Below are positions 8,883-17,816 of a stretch of DNA of 64,000 nt, piece after piece; position 1 is the stretch's first letter, and every line of letters starts with the position of its first letter. A program made the translations under genes and the position numbers. The DNA is taken from contig OY759723.1 of the NCBI GenBank assembly GCA_963662575.1, forward strand, positions 2,696,340 through 2,760,339, given 5' to 3'. The DNA is from Caldilineaceae bacterium. GTDB lineage: Bacteria > Chloroflexota > Anaerolineae > Caldilineales > Caldilineaceae. The notes beneath the pieces were generated by a model, which saw nothing but the letters and a program-made list of their open reading frames with translations, was not told the origin of the DNA and made no database searches.

Positions 8883-9674
8883 ATGAAAATTCTCATCACC
8901 GGCATCACCGGCACGATCGGAAGTTTCCTGGCGCCTGAATTAGCGCGCGACCACGATGTATACGGCATCGACCTTCTGCCCTCGGACTGGCCCAACTCCA
9001 CCCAGGCCGACCTCTGCGACCCGGGCGCGCTGCCGCCCGTCTTCGAAGGCATGGACGTGGTCATCCATCTGGCTGCAGACCCCCGCCATGAGGTCGAGAT
9101 TGGCTGGGATGAACTGACCAACCCCAACCTGATTGCCACTGCCCGCATGTACGACGCGGCCCACGACGCCGGTGTGCGCCGGGTTATTTTCGCCAGTTCG
9201 ATGCACGTAATGGGCGGTTATGAGTTTGACGAGCCGTACCTGTCAATCGTTTCAGGCCGCCTTGACGGCCTGGACCCGGCCTCCATTCCACTGGTCAAAG
9301 GTGATGATCCTGGCAGGCCGGACAGCCGCTACGGCGCCACCAAGATCTTCGGCGAGTCTTTGGGCCGCTACTACACCGAGGGCGGCAACATTGACCGCCC
9401 TGACGAGCGCCCGATGGAAGTCATCTGCGTCCGCCTTGGCACACTGCCGCCATGGAACCGGCCCGGCAGTGGCTACCGTTCGCTGGTGAGCTGGTTCAGC
9501 CATCGCGATGGGGCAGGATTCTTTCGCGCCTGCGTTGAACGGCCCAACATAAACTACGAGATCATTTACGGCGCATCCAACAATACCTGGAAGATCTACG
9601 ACACGCCCTACGCCTGGGAGCTGCTGGATTTCATGCCTGTTGACAGCGCCGACGACCACTGGCGTAAGGAGTAA
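8883..9674 (+). CDS. Short NAD(P)-dependent SDR (epimerase/dehydratase-like), cassette copy 3
   Basis: Paralog of 4860-5651, roughly 30 differences in 263 aa by eye. Confidence 0.85.
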   Translation: MKILITGITGTIGSFLAPELARDHDVYGIDLLPSDWPNSTQADLCDPGALPPVFEGMDVVIHLAADPRHEVEIGWDELTNPNLIATARMYDAAHDAGVRRVIFASSMHVMGGYEFDEPYLSIVSGRLDGLDPASIPLVKGDDPGRPDSRYGATKIFGESLGRYYTEGGNIDRPDERPMEVICVRLGTLPPWNRPGSGYRSLVSWFSHRDGAGFFRACVERPNINYEIIYGASNNTWKIYDTPYAWELLDFMPVDSADDHWRKE

Positions 9675-9725
9675 CTTTTACCCCTGCGCGCCGCGGCTGC
9701 GCGCCACATCGGAGGACAACAGATT

Positions 9726-10622
9726 ATGACTGTTGGATATGGCGATTTTCGCTATGAACTGGACGATTCCTGGCCGAAAGTGCCAGAAGGATGGTTGCTC
9801 GGTTCGGTGCCCGACGTGGCGATCGATTCGCGCGACCGCGTCTTTGTCTTCTGCCGCCACAAGCACCCGGTGGTGGCGTTTGAGGCTGATACCGGAAAAT
9901 TTATCACGTCCTGGGGTGAGGGTGAATTCACCGAGCCGCACGGCATCTTTATCGACGCTGAGGACCATGTGTGGGTCACCGACCGGCAGGAGCACGTTGT
10001 CACCAAGCACACGCAGCACGGTGAAAAGCTGCTCGAACTGGGCCGCCGCGGCTGGGCCATGATGACGGTGACGCCCTACGGCACGACCCTGGATCCGCCC
10101 TTCAACATGCCGGCCGGCGTGGCCATTTCCCAAGACGGCAGCATTTTCACCGCCGACGGTTATGGTAACCACCAGGTCCATCGTTTCTCGGCGGAGGGTG
10201 AGCTTGAGTTGTCCTGGGGGACCTCCGGCACCGGGCCGGGACAGTTCGCGCTGGTGCACAATATTGGCATCGACACGCAGGACCGGATCCTGATCTGTGA
10301 TCGAGAGTCGAGCCGCATCCAGATCTTCGACTACGAAGGGCAGTTCATCACGATGTGGGAAGACGTGAACGGCCCCGGCGATGTCTACTGCAGCCCCGAC
10401 CAATTGGTCTACGTCGCCGAGCAGGGCGGCTCGTTGGGCAAGGGCCCGGCCCCGATCGGCGTCTCGATCTTCCATGAGTCGGGCGAACTGGTCGGCCGCT
10501 TCCGCGGGACGGAGACCGGCTTGTCAATGCCGCATGGCATCTGGTGCGATTCGAAGGGAAACATATTTGTAGCGGAGCTGGGCACCGAGGGAAACAAAGC
10601 CCGCAAGTTGGTCAAGATTTAG
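9726..10622 (+). CDS. PAL-like NHL beta-propeller, cassette copy 3
   Basis: Very close paralog of 5702-6598. All five motifs are retained (PHGIFID, DGYGNHQVHRF, VHNIGID, DRESSRIQIF, MPHGIWCD). Confidence 0.75.
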   Translation: MTVGYGDFRYELDDSWPKVPEGWLLGSVPDVAIDSRDRVFVFCRHKHPVVAFEADTGKFITSWGEGEFTEPHGIFIDAEDHVWVTDRQEHVVTKHTQHGEKLLELGRRGWAMMTVTPYGTTLDPPFNMPAGVAISQDGSIFTADGYGNHQVHRFSAEGELELSWGTSGTGPGQFALVHNIGIDTQDRILICDRESSRIQIFDYEGQFITMWEDVNGPGDVYCSPDQLVYVAEQGGSLGKGPAPIGVSIFHESGELVGRFRGTETGLSMPHGIWCDSKGNIFVAELGTEGNKARKLVKI

Positions 10623-10742
10623 CGGCGAGCGGCATAGAACCGCGGACTGTCCACAGACTGAAGAAGCGCGGAACGTTAGGAAATGGGTTGAATCCCTTCT
10701 TGAAACCGCGTTTACCGAGCCTTACGAGGAAGAACTGAACCG

Positions 10743-12074
10743 ATGAACGCGACAGCACCGCCGATAGCCGGTCTCTGCACGTATGCGCAGGGCGGCAAGC
10801 CGGGCTTCAGTGTTGAACGCACAGTACAGTTGCTGCGGCGCTATCTGTTTGTCGAGAGCCAGACGATGCGCTGTCTGGTCGCCCATCTGAACGGCGTGCC
10901 GGAGTGGGAGGTGAAGTGCGGCCTCTCGCTCCATCTGTGGCAGGACGCAGAACATTGCACCTGGCTGCGCGACCGGGTCAAGGAGATGCGAACGCCGCCC
11001 CTCCACCTGGACCGCATCCCTGACCCGGCCCTGGACGCCTTCTTCCAGGAGTTGATCCGTTCCCGCAACACGTTTGAGCTTCTGACCGGCGTATACCGGG
11101 TGCTCAAACCGGCCAGCATCGCGGCGATGCGGGGTCATCTTGCCGAAGCGAATCCGCTGGCCGATCAACCTACGCGGCGCCTGCTCAGGTTCATACTGCT
11201 GGAGGAAGAAGAGCAGCTCGCCTGGGGCGATCTCGCGCTGCACAGCTTGGTCAGTAAAGAAGACAATAGAGCAGCGGTCGAGGCAGGGGAACAGTGGACC
11301 GCGCATTTGCAGGCATACCTGGATGCCGCAGGCGGCATCGCCGCCGATGGTGAACGGGCAACGGAGAACGAGCTGCCGCCGGCCCGAGCAGTGGAGCCAT
11401 TCAACCCAATCCGGACACCGCAAAGAGATGAACGCTTTAACCGCGTGTGGCATTCACGCGGGCGCCCCCCTAACGCCGACATCTCCGCCAGCGAGCGAAA
11501 CTGGTTTCAACTATACATGCGGCTGACTGAAATGCACGTCCCTGAACTGATGGCATTGATCATCTACGACTGGGACGACCAACCCTGGGCGTTTTACCAC
11601 GACATGGCTCGCCAGCTCTGGGATGAGGCGCGCCACGCCATGATGGGCGAGATTGCGTTCGAATTGAGTGGTTTGGATTGGGCGGCGGTTCCGCACGAAA
11701 TCAGCTTTGGCGAATTTCCTAATACGCAACTCGAGCCCGCGGACCGACATTGCCTTCTGTGGGGGATCGAACAGGGGCTGATGAAACCGGACGGGAAACA
11801 ACGTGAGTACAAGCTCGCCCGCGAATCGGGCGACCCGCTGTCGATTACGTTTCAAGATTTTGATTGGGCTGACGAGGTACTGCATGCCCAGATAGGACGC
11901 AGATGGCTGCTGCCAGCCTTTGAATCGATGGAGGCAATGCAGCAGCGCTATGAAGAAGTCCTAGCGCGCTTTCAGGCTATCCTCGACCAGGATCAAGCGT
12001 TGCCAAGAGCAGAGTGGTGGGATGCCTTTTATCAGCAGGTACCTCGCCAAGAAAAACAGGAGGAACCAGTTTGA
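10743..12074 (+). CDS. Hypothetical protein, possible ferritin-like / dimetal-carboxylate fold
   Basis: Helical, with E/H-rich motifs LWDEARHAMMGE and DWADEVLHAQIGRRW. No signal peptide. The family assignment is tentative. Confidence 0.4.
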   Translation: MNATAPPIAGLCTYAQGGKPGFSVERTVQLLRRYLFVESQTMRCLVAHLNGVPEWEVKCGLSLHLWQDAEHCTWLRDRVKEMRTPPLHLDRIPDPALDAFFQELIRSRNTFELLTGVYRVLKPASIAAMRGHLAEANPLADQPTRRLLRFILLEEEEQLAWGDLALHSLVSKEDNRAAVEAGEQWTAHLQAYLDAAGGIAADGERATENELPPARAVEPFNPIRTPQRDERFNRVWHSRGRPPNADISASERNWFQLYMRLTEMHVPELMALIIYDWDDQPWAFYHDMARQLWDEARHAMMGEIAFELSGLDWAAVPHEISFGEFPNTQLEPADRHCLLWGIEQGLMKPDGKQREYKLARESGDPLSITFQDFDWADEVLHAQIGRRWLLPAFESMEAMQQRYEEVLARFQAILDQDQALPRAEWWDAFYQQVPRQEKQEEPV

Positions 12075-12209
12075 CGAGTTGTTCGGTACTTTGCCTGGCG
12101 CTGACGCCTGGCGGGGAACTCGAACGCATTGAACCAGACCATTAGCCAGAGGTGAATCCATCCAATTGACCCACAGGTATTTTCTCATTTCCACAAAGGA
12201 GGAGGAGAG

Positions 12210-14273
12210 ATGAAGCAGACCAAGTTTTCGTGGCTGTTGGGGATCGTGATGGTAGTAGCTCTTGTACTTTCGGGGTGTGCCGGCGCAGCCGAGCCTGCCG
12301 AACCGGCCGAGGAAATGGCCGCCCCAGCCGAGGAGGCGGAAGAGTCTTCCGAGCTACCTCAGATTGTCCCGATTGAAGGGCCTGACATCATCCTCGATGA
12401 GGCAATGTGGCCCACGGCATTCAGTGAAGCGCCGATGCTGGCTGAGATGGTTGCAGCAGGCGATCTGCCGCCGGTCGAGGAACGCCTGCCGTCAGATCCG
12501 ATGGTCATCAAGCCTTTGAATGAAATCGGCAAGTACGGCGGAACCTGGCGGCGCGGCTTCACTGGCCCGGCCGACGGCGAGAACATGATGCGCATCAATA
12601 ACTCGTCGAGGCTGCTCGCCTGGGACTACTCCGGTTCCTACATCGTACCCAGCCTGCTCGCGGGTTGGGACATTCAGGATGACAGTCGCAAGTACATCCT
12701 CTATCTCCGTGAAGGCGCCAAGTGGTCCGATGGCATGCCATTCACCGCCGACGATTTCCTCTTCTGGTACGAGGACGTCGCCCTGAACGAGGATATCTTC
12801 CCCAGCCCGCCGCCAGAAATGGTTATCGCCGGCGAACCGGGCCTGATGGAAAAGATTGACGACTATACGATCTCCTACACGTTTAAGGAGCCGTATCCCC
12901 TTTTCCTCGACATTCTTGCAGGCCATAACATGGTGGCGGCTGCGCCCGAGGGCAGCCTGGGAACAGGTGGCGGCGGATACGCGGCCAAGCATTACATGAG
13001 CCAGTTCCTTCCGAAATACTCCTCTGAGGAGGAAGTGACCGCAATGGCCGAGGAGTTGGGATTCGAGAGTTGGCTGGATATGTACCTCTTCCATTCCTAT
13101 CCCGCCCGCAACGCTGATCTGCCCGTGATGAGCCCCTGGGTCACAGATCGCCCCGTCATCGATCCGATCTGGGTGATGAAGCGCAACGCCTACTACTGGG
13201 CGGTCGACACGGAAGGCAATCAGCTCCCTTACATTGACGAGATCGTGATCAATCTTGCCGAGGATAGAGAAGTCCTCCTCCTGCGCGCCCTCGCAGGAGA
13301 AATTGACTTCCAGGGTCGCCACATCAGTATCTCGAGGCTGCCCGTCCTTATCGAGAACATGGATACAGGCGACTACCGGGTCGATATCGGCCGTGGATTC
13401 TGTCATTCGGCCGGTTTCCACTTCAACCACAGTTACGACGGTGACGCCGAGGTCCAGCAGTGGATACGAAACGTAGAGTTCCGCCGCGCCCTCTCTCTGG
13501 GGATCGATCGCGACCAGATCAACGAGGCCTACTTCCTGGGGCTGGGCGTGGGTGGCTCGGTGATGTGTTCACCCGACCTGCCCTCAACCGCAGGTGAAGA
13601 GTTCGTGACAAGGTGGGCTACCCACGAGCCCGATCAGGCCAACGAAATGCTTGACGCCATCGGGCTGACCGAGATGGACGACGAAGGTTACCGGCTGCGG
13701 ACGGACGGCTCCGGAGACCGGCTGCGCATTGAGATTGGCATGGTTGCAGGCGGCAACGAGCCGATTGCCGAAATGGTGAAAGACCACTGGAAGGATATCG
13801 GCATCTGGGCAGACCTCAAGGCCCAGGAGCGCAGTCTGTTCGAGACGGAAGCTCGCGCCAACAAGCACCAGATCGGAATTTGGGGCAACGGCGGCGCTTC
13901 GCAACTCTGGCTCTACCCCCGCCACGTCTTGCCTGTAAATACGAACGAGGCGTACATGGGACCGGAGATCGCCAGATGGTTCGTCAGCGGCGGCGAGGAT
14001 GGCATGGCGCCGCCCTATCCAGAGATGGAAAGGGCGCTCGAACTGTTCAGGCAGGGCGCCTCCGTGTCCGCCGAAGAGCGCAATAAGATCGGCCAGGAGA
14101 TCTGGAGTCTCGTGGTTGACCAGGTTTGGAGCATGGGTACGGTCGGCCAGTCAGCAGGAGTCTCCGTTACCAAGAACAACATGGGCAATGTTCCGCGGCG
14201 CGGCTGCCCGGCTCAGCACTGCCGGACGCCTGCCAGCGGCCATCCGCCGTCCTGGTACTTCACCGATCAGTAG
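12210..14273 (+). CDS. ABC transporter substrate-binding lipoprotein, family 5 (peptide/nickel/opine type), importer 1
   Basis: Lipobox LSGC after a signal peptide, an acidic Ala/Glu/Pro linker, 687 aa, and genomic context with DppBCDF-like genes. AAAGGAGGAGGAG RBS. Confidence 0.85.
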   Translation: MKQTKFSWLLGIVMVVALVLSGCAGAAEPAEPAEEMAAPAEEAEESSELPQIVPIEGPDIILDEAMWPTAFSEAPMLAEMVAAGDLPPVEERLPSDPMVIKPLNEIGKYGGTWRRGFTGPADGENMMRINNSSRLLAWDYSGSYIVPSLLAGWDIQDDSRKYILYLREGAKWSDGMPFTADDFLFWYEDVALNEDIFPSPPPEMVIAGEPGLMEKIDDYTISYTFKEPYPLFLDILAGHNMVAAAPEGSLGTGGGGYAAKHYMSQFLPKYSSEEEVTAMAEELGFESWLDMYLFHSYPARNADLPVMSPWVTDRPVIDPIWVMKRNAYYWAVDTEGNQLPYIDEIVINLAEDREVLLLRALAGEIDFQGRHISISRLPVLIENMDTGDYRVDIGRGFCHSAGFHFNHSYDGDAEVQQWIRNVEFRRALSLGIDRDQINEAYFLGLGVGGSVMCSPDLPSTAGEEFVTRWATHEPDQANEMLDAIGLTEMDDEGYRLRTDGSGDRLRIEIGMVAGGNEPIAEMVKDHWKDIGIWADLKAQERSLFETEARANKHQIGIWGNGGASQLWLYPRHVLPVNTNEAYMGPEIARWFVSGGEDGMAPPYPEMERALELFRQGASVSAEERNKIGQEIWSLVVDQVWSMGTVGQSAGVSVTKNNMGNVPRRGCPAQHCRTPASGHPPSWYFTDQ

Positions 14274-14398
14274 AAGCTGGAACGCATCTGCCCTGGTCTT
14301 ACTGGGGGCGATGCCGCGAAACTTACCTGTTAGAGGCTGATTCACTCCTTCAGCCCTGACCATGTAGTGAGTATGTCGAGGTCAAACGCGTATGAACT

Positions 14399-14431
14399 CT
14401 CCCGGGCGCCCCAGTTGGGTGTGCCCGGGAG
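14399..14431 (+). other. Intercistronic stem-loop after the SBP gene (9-bp GC stem CTCCCGGGC/GCCCGGGAG with an inner CCCA/TGGG stem)
   Basis: Complementarity read directly; no U-tract follows. Confidence 0.5.
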
Positions 14432-14491
14432 TGTCATGCGCACCAACTGCACGAATCGCGTCGTTTTGCTGCCTTTCGCGGAGACTGTAGG

Positions 14492-15481
14492 ATGCTTGCT
14501 TACCTTGCCCGTCGCGCCGTCTTTGCCATCTTTACGTTGTGGGCTGTCTCGGTGCTCTCCTTCATCATCATCCAGCTCCCTCCCGGGGACTTTGTCGACG
14601 CCTACATGGCTCAATTGGCTGTCATGGAGACCGATGTCTCGGAGCAGCAGATGGAGGCCATGCGCCGCCAGTATGCCCTGGACAGGCCCATTCACGAACA
14701 GTACCTGAGATGGATTGGAAATATGGTCCAAGGCAACTTCGGCGTATCCATGCTGTGGAAGCAGTCGGTCCGCGATGTGATCGGAGACAGGCTTGCGATG
14801 ACCATGGCCGTCTCACTGGGGGCGGTCCTGCTTACCTGGGCCATTGCCGTGCCCATCGGAATCTATTCGGCAGTGCGTCAGTATTCGATCGGCGATTATG
14901 TTTTCACCTTTGTCGGTTTCATCGGTCTGGGGGTACCCAATTTCCTTCTGGCGCTGGTGCTTATGTACCTGGGTTTCTACCTTTTCGGGGCGAATGTTGG
15001 CGGTCTGTTTTCGCCGGAATTCCAACTGGAACCGTGGAGTTGGGCCAAAGTGAAGGACTTGCTCTATCATCTCCCCCTGCCCGCCTTTGTTGTCGCCCTC
15101 AGCGGTACCGCCGAGTTAATCCGGGTACTGCGTGCGAATCTGCTTGACGAGCTGCGCAAGCCCTATGTGATCACGGCGCGGGCGATGGGGCTGGCCGAGC
15201 ACCGCCTGATCCTGAAGTTTCCGGTGCGCGTCGCTCTCAATCCCTTTGTCAGCACGATCGGCTATCTGTTGCCCTACATCCTGTCCGGCAGCGTTATCGT
15301 CTCGGTCGTTTTGAGCCTGCCGACGGTTGGGCCGATTCTCCTTGGTTCCCTTATCGCACAGGATATGTTCCTGGCTGGGACGATTGTCCTGATGCTCGGC
15401 TCGATGACCGTCATCGGCACTTTTTTGTCCGACATGCTGCTGATGTGGATCGATCCCCGTATTCGTCTGGGTATGATTTAG
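14492..15481 (+). CDS. ABC transporter permease (DppB/OppB-like), importer 1
   Basis: MLAYLARRAVFAIFTLWAVSVLSFIIIQLPPGD N-terminus and multiple TM segments. Confidence 0.9.
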   Translation: MLAYLARRAVFAIFTLWAVSVLSFIIIQLPPGDFVDAYMAQLAVMETDVSEQQMEAMRRQYALDRPIHEQYLRWIGNMVQGNFGVSMLWKQSVRDVIGDRLAMTMAVSLGAVLLTWAIAVPIGIYSAVRQYSIGDYVFTFVGFIGLGVPNFLLALVLMYLGFYLFGANVGGLFSPEFQLEPWSWAKVKDLLYHLPLPAFVVALSGTAELIRVLRANLLDELRKPYVITARAMGLAEHRLILKFPVRVALNPFVSTIGYLLPYILSGSVIVSVVLSLPTVGPILLGSLIAQDMFLAGTIVLMLGSMTVIGTFLSDMLLMWIDPRIRLGMI

Positions 15482-15538
15482 CAAGGGGAAAATCGTGGTT
15501 GGCATCCGACGTCTGTTTCCCTATTTGTCCTCACGGCA

Positions 15539-16681
15539 ATGACCACTGAGCATAGACTAGGCGTAGGTGAAGATCTTGTAACTGTCGACAGCGAAGAGCG
15601 AATCTTCGTTGCCGGTCAGATGCAACTGATGTGGTGGCGGTTTCGCAAGCACCGCGTCGCAGTTGCGGCAACGGTAATTGTCGCTGCCTTCTACATCGTT
15701 GTGCTGGGCGCTGATTTCTTTGCCTACACGGACCCTGAATCGACCGAAGCCTACCGCTCCTTGATGCCGCCTCAGCCTGTTCGCTTCTTTGACGACGGTA
15801 GATTCAGCCCCCATGTCTACCAAGTCGATGGAAAACGGGACCTAAGAACATTCAAGCGAGTCTACGAGGCAAATCCTGACCGCAAGTTTCGGGTTCGCCT
15901 CTTTGCACGCGGCTACAAATACGATTTCCTGGGATTCATTCCGTCTGACCTCCATCTGTTCGGCGTTGAGGGCGCCAGCGTGGAGGAGTCTCTGTTCATC
16001 CTTGGAACGGACTCGTTGGGCCGCGATGTCTGGTCCCGGCTCATACATGCCTCCCGCACCTCCCTGACGATTGGACTGATCGCGGTTGCACTCAGTCTCG
16101 TGCTGGGGGTGATTCTAGGTGGGATTTCGGGCTTTTACGGAGGTGTCGCAGATAACATTATCCAGCGCCTCATCGAGATACTTCGCTCGATTCCTACCAT
16201 TCCGTTGTGGATGGGGCTGGCTGCAGCCGTGCCCAGACAGTGGAGCGTTGAGCAGGTCTACTTTGCCATTACAATCGTTATCGCGTTGCGGGGCTGGACG
16301 GGTCTGGCACGAGAGGTGCGCGGCCGCTTCCTTTCACTGCGCGAGGAGGATTTTGTGACAGCCGCGGAATTGGCCGGTTGCAGCCGCAAACGCATCATTT
16401 TCCGCCATATGGTGCCCTCCTTCCAGAGTCACATCATCGCTACCGTCACCTTATCTGTGCCTGCCATGATTCTGGCAGAGACGGCGTTGAGTTTTCTCGG
16501 GCTGGGTCTGCGCCCGCCTGCCATCAGTTGGGGGGTCATGCTCCAGCAAGCACAGAATGTAGAGACGGTCGCGCTGTCGCCCTGGCTGCTGTTGCCAGCG
16601 ATCCCCGTCGTTGTCGTGATCCTGGCCTTCAACTTCATGGGAGACGGATTGCGAGACGCAGCCGATCCTTATGGGATTTGA
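15539..16681 (+). CDS. ABC transporter permease (DppC/OppC-like with N-terminal extension), importer 1
   Basis: TM-rich, LGTDSLGRDVWSRL motif, C-terminal MGDGLRDAADP. Confidence 0.9.
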   Translation: MTTEHRLGVGEDLVTVDSEERIFVAGQMQLMWWRFRKHRVAVAATVIVAAFYIVVLGADFFAYTDPESTEAYRSLMPPQPVRFFDDGRFSPHVYQVDGKRDLRTFKRVYEANPDRKFRVRLFARGYKYDFLGFIPSDLHLFGVEGASVEESLFILGTDSLGRDVWSRLIHASRTSLTIGLIAVALSLVLGVILGGISGFYGGVADNIIQRLIEILRSIPTIPLWMGLAAAVPRQWSVEQVYFAITIVIALRGWTGLAREVRGRFLSLREEDFVTAAELAGCSRKRIIFRHMVPSFQSHIIATVTLSVPAMILAETALSFLGLGLRPPAISWGVMLQQAQNVETVALSPWLLLPAIPVVVVILAFNFMGDGLRDAADPYGI

Positions 16682-16729
16682 AATCATGTTTATTGGTGCT
16701 ACCTCCATAGACAATCGGCCACATTAACT

Positions 16730-17764
16730 ATGCAGAACGACCAGCAGCCGATCCTGTCGGTGCGCAACTTGAAAACGAGCTTTTTCACCGATGAGGGAGT
16801 CGTCCGCGCCGTCGACGGCGCCAGCTTTGACGTTCACCTCGGCCAGACACTCGGCATAGTGGGTGAAAGCGGCTGTGGAAAGAGCGTAACCTCTCTTTCT
16901 ATTCTCCGCATCGTTCCTCGCCCCGGCCGCATTGTGGAGGGGGAGATTCTCCTGCGGCGGGAGACTGAAGGCGGCCAATTGCAGGAGGTGGCCCTGACTT
17001 CTCTGGGCGAGAACAGCAGAGAGATGCGTTCGATTCGCGGTGCGGAGATTGCGCTCGTTTTCCAGGAGCCAATGACTTCCCTCAGCCCAGTTCACACGAT
17101 CGGCAACCAGATAATCGGAGCCGCCCGTCTGCACCGCCAACTCTCGAAGCAGGAAGCGCGGGAGATGGTGATCGAACTGCTTGGCCTTGTGGGGATTGCC
17201 CGGCCCGAGACAGCCGTGGACTCCTATCCAATGCAGCTTAGCGGCGGTATGCGCCAGCGCGCCTTAATCGCTCTGGCCCTTTCCTGCGATCCCAGAATCC
17301 TGATTGCCGACGAACCGACGACCGCCCTGGACGTGACCACCCAGGCACAAATACTCGATCTCCTGCGCTCGCTGCAGGAGCAGAAGGGGTTGGCAATCAT
17401 GCTGATCACCCACAATATGGGAGTGATCGCGGAGATGGCCGACCAAGTCGTGGTGATGTACCTGGGTCGCGTGGTGGAGGAAGGGCCAGTCGACGTCGTC
17501 TTTGGGGAATCGAAGCATCCTTACACACAGTCGCTGCTGCGCTCGATCCCCAGCATACATTCGACGCCCAAGGTGCAGTTGCCCACGATCAGCGGGACCA
17601 TTCCCCACCCATACAACCGGCCGACCGGGTGCCCATTCCACCCCCGCTGCCCGGACGTAATTCCGGGTGTCTGCGACCAGCATGAGCCTGAGCTACATTC
17701 GATTGGAGATCAGCACCTGGTGAGCTGTTTCCTCTATCATCCGGTACCGGAAACCAACGAGTAG
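16730..17764 (+). CDS. ABC transporter ATP-binding protein (DppD/OppD-like)
   Basis: Walker A GESGCGKS, signature LSGGMRQR, Cys-rich oligopeptide-transporter C-terminal domain. Confidence 0.92.
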   Translation: MQNDQQPILSVRNLKTSFFTDEGVVRAVDGASFDVHLGQTLGIVGESGCGKSVTSLSILRIVPRPGRIVEGEILLRRETEGGQLQEVALTSLGENSREMRSIRGAEIALVFQEPMTSLSPVHTIGNQIIGAARLHRQLSKQEAREMVIELLGLVGIARPETAVDSYPMQLSGGMRQRALIALALSCDPRILIADEPTTALDVTTQAQILDLLRSLQEQKGLAIMLITHNMGVIAEMADQVVVMYLGRVVEEGPVDVVFGESKHPYTQSLLRSIPSIHSTPKVQLPTISGTIPHPYNRPTGCPFHPRCPDVIPGVCDQHEPELHSIGDQHLVSCFLYHPVPETNE

Positions 17765-17816
17765 CGGTCTGTTTCGACTACGGGTCAACAGCCCCCGTCA
17801 GTCACCGACTGGAATA

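Larger units (their letters stand above)
4860..10622 (+). repeat. Tandem triplication of a ~1.7-kb two-gene unit (units 4860-6598, 6795-8479, 8883-10622)
   Basis: Protein and DNA similarity seen directly, including a 29-nt identical run ggcatggacgtggtcatccatctggctgc in copies 1 and 3. Confidence 0.9.
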
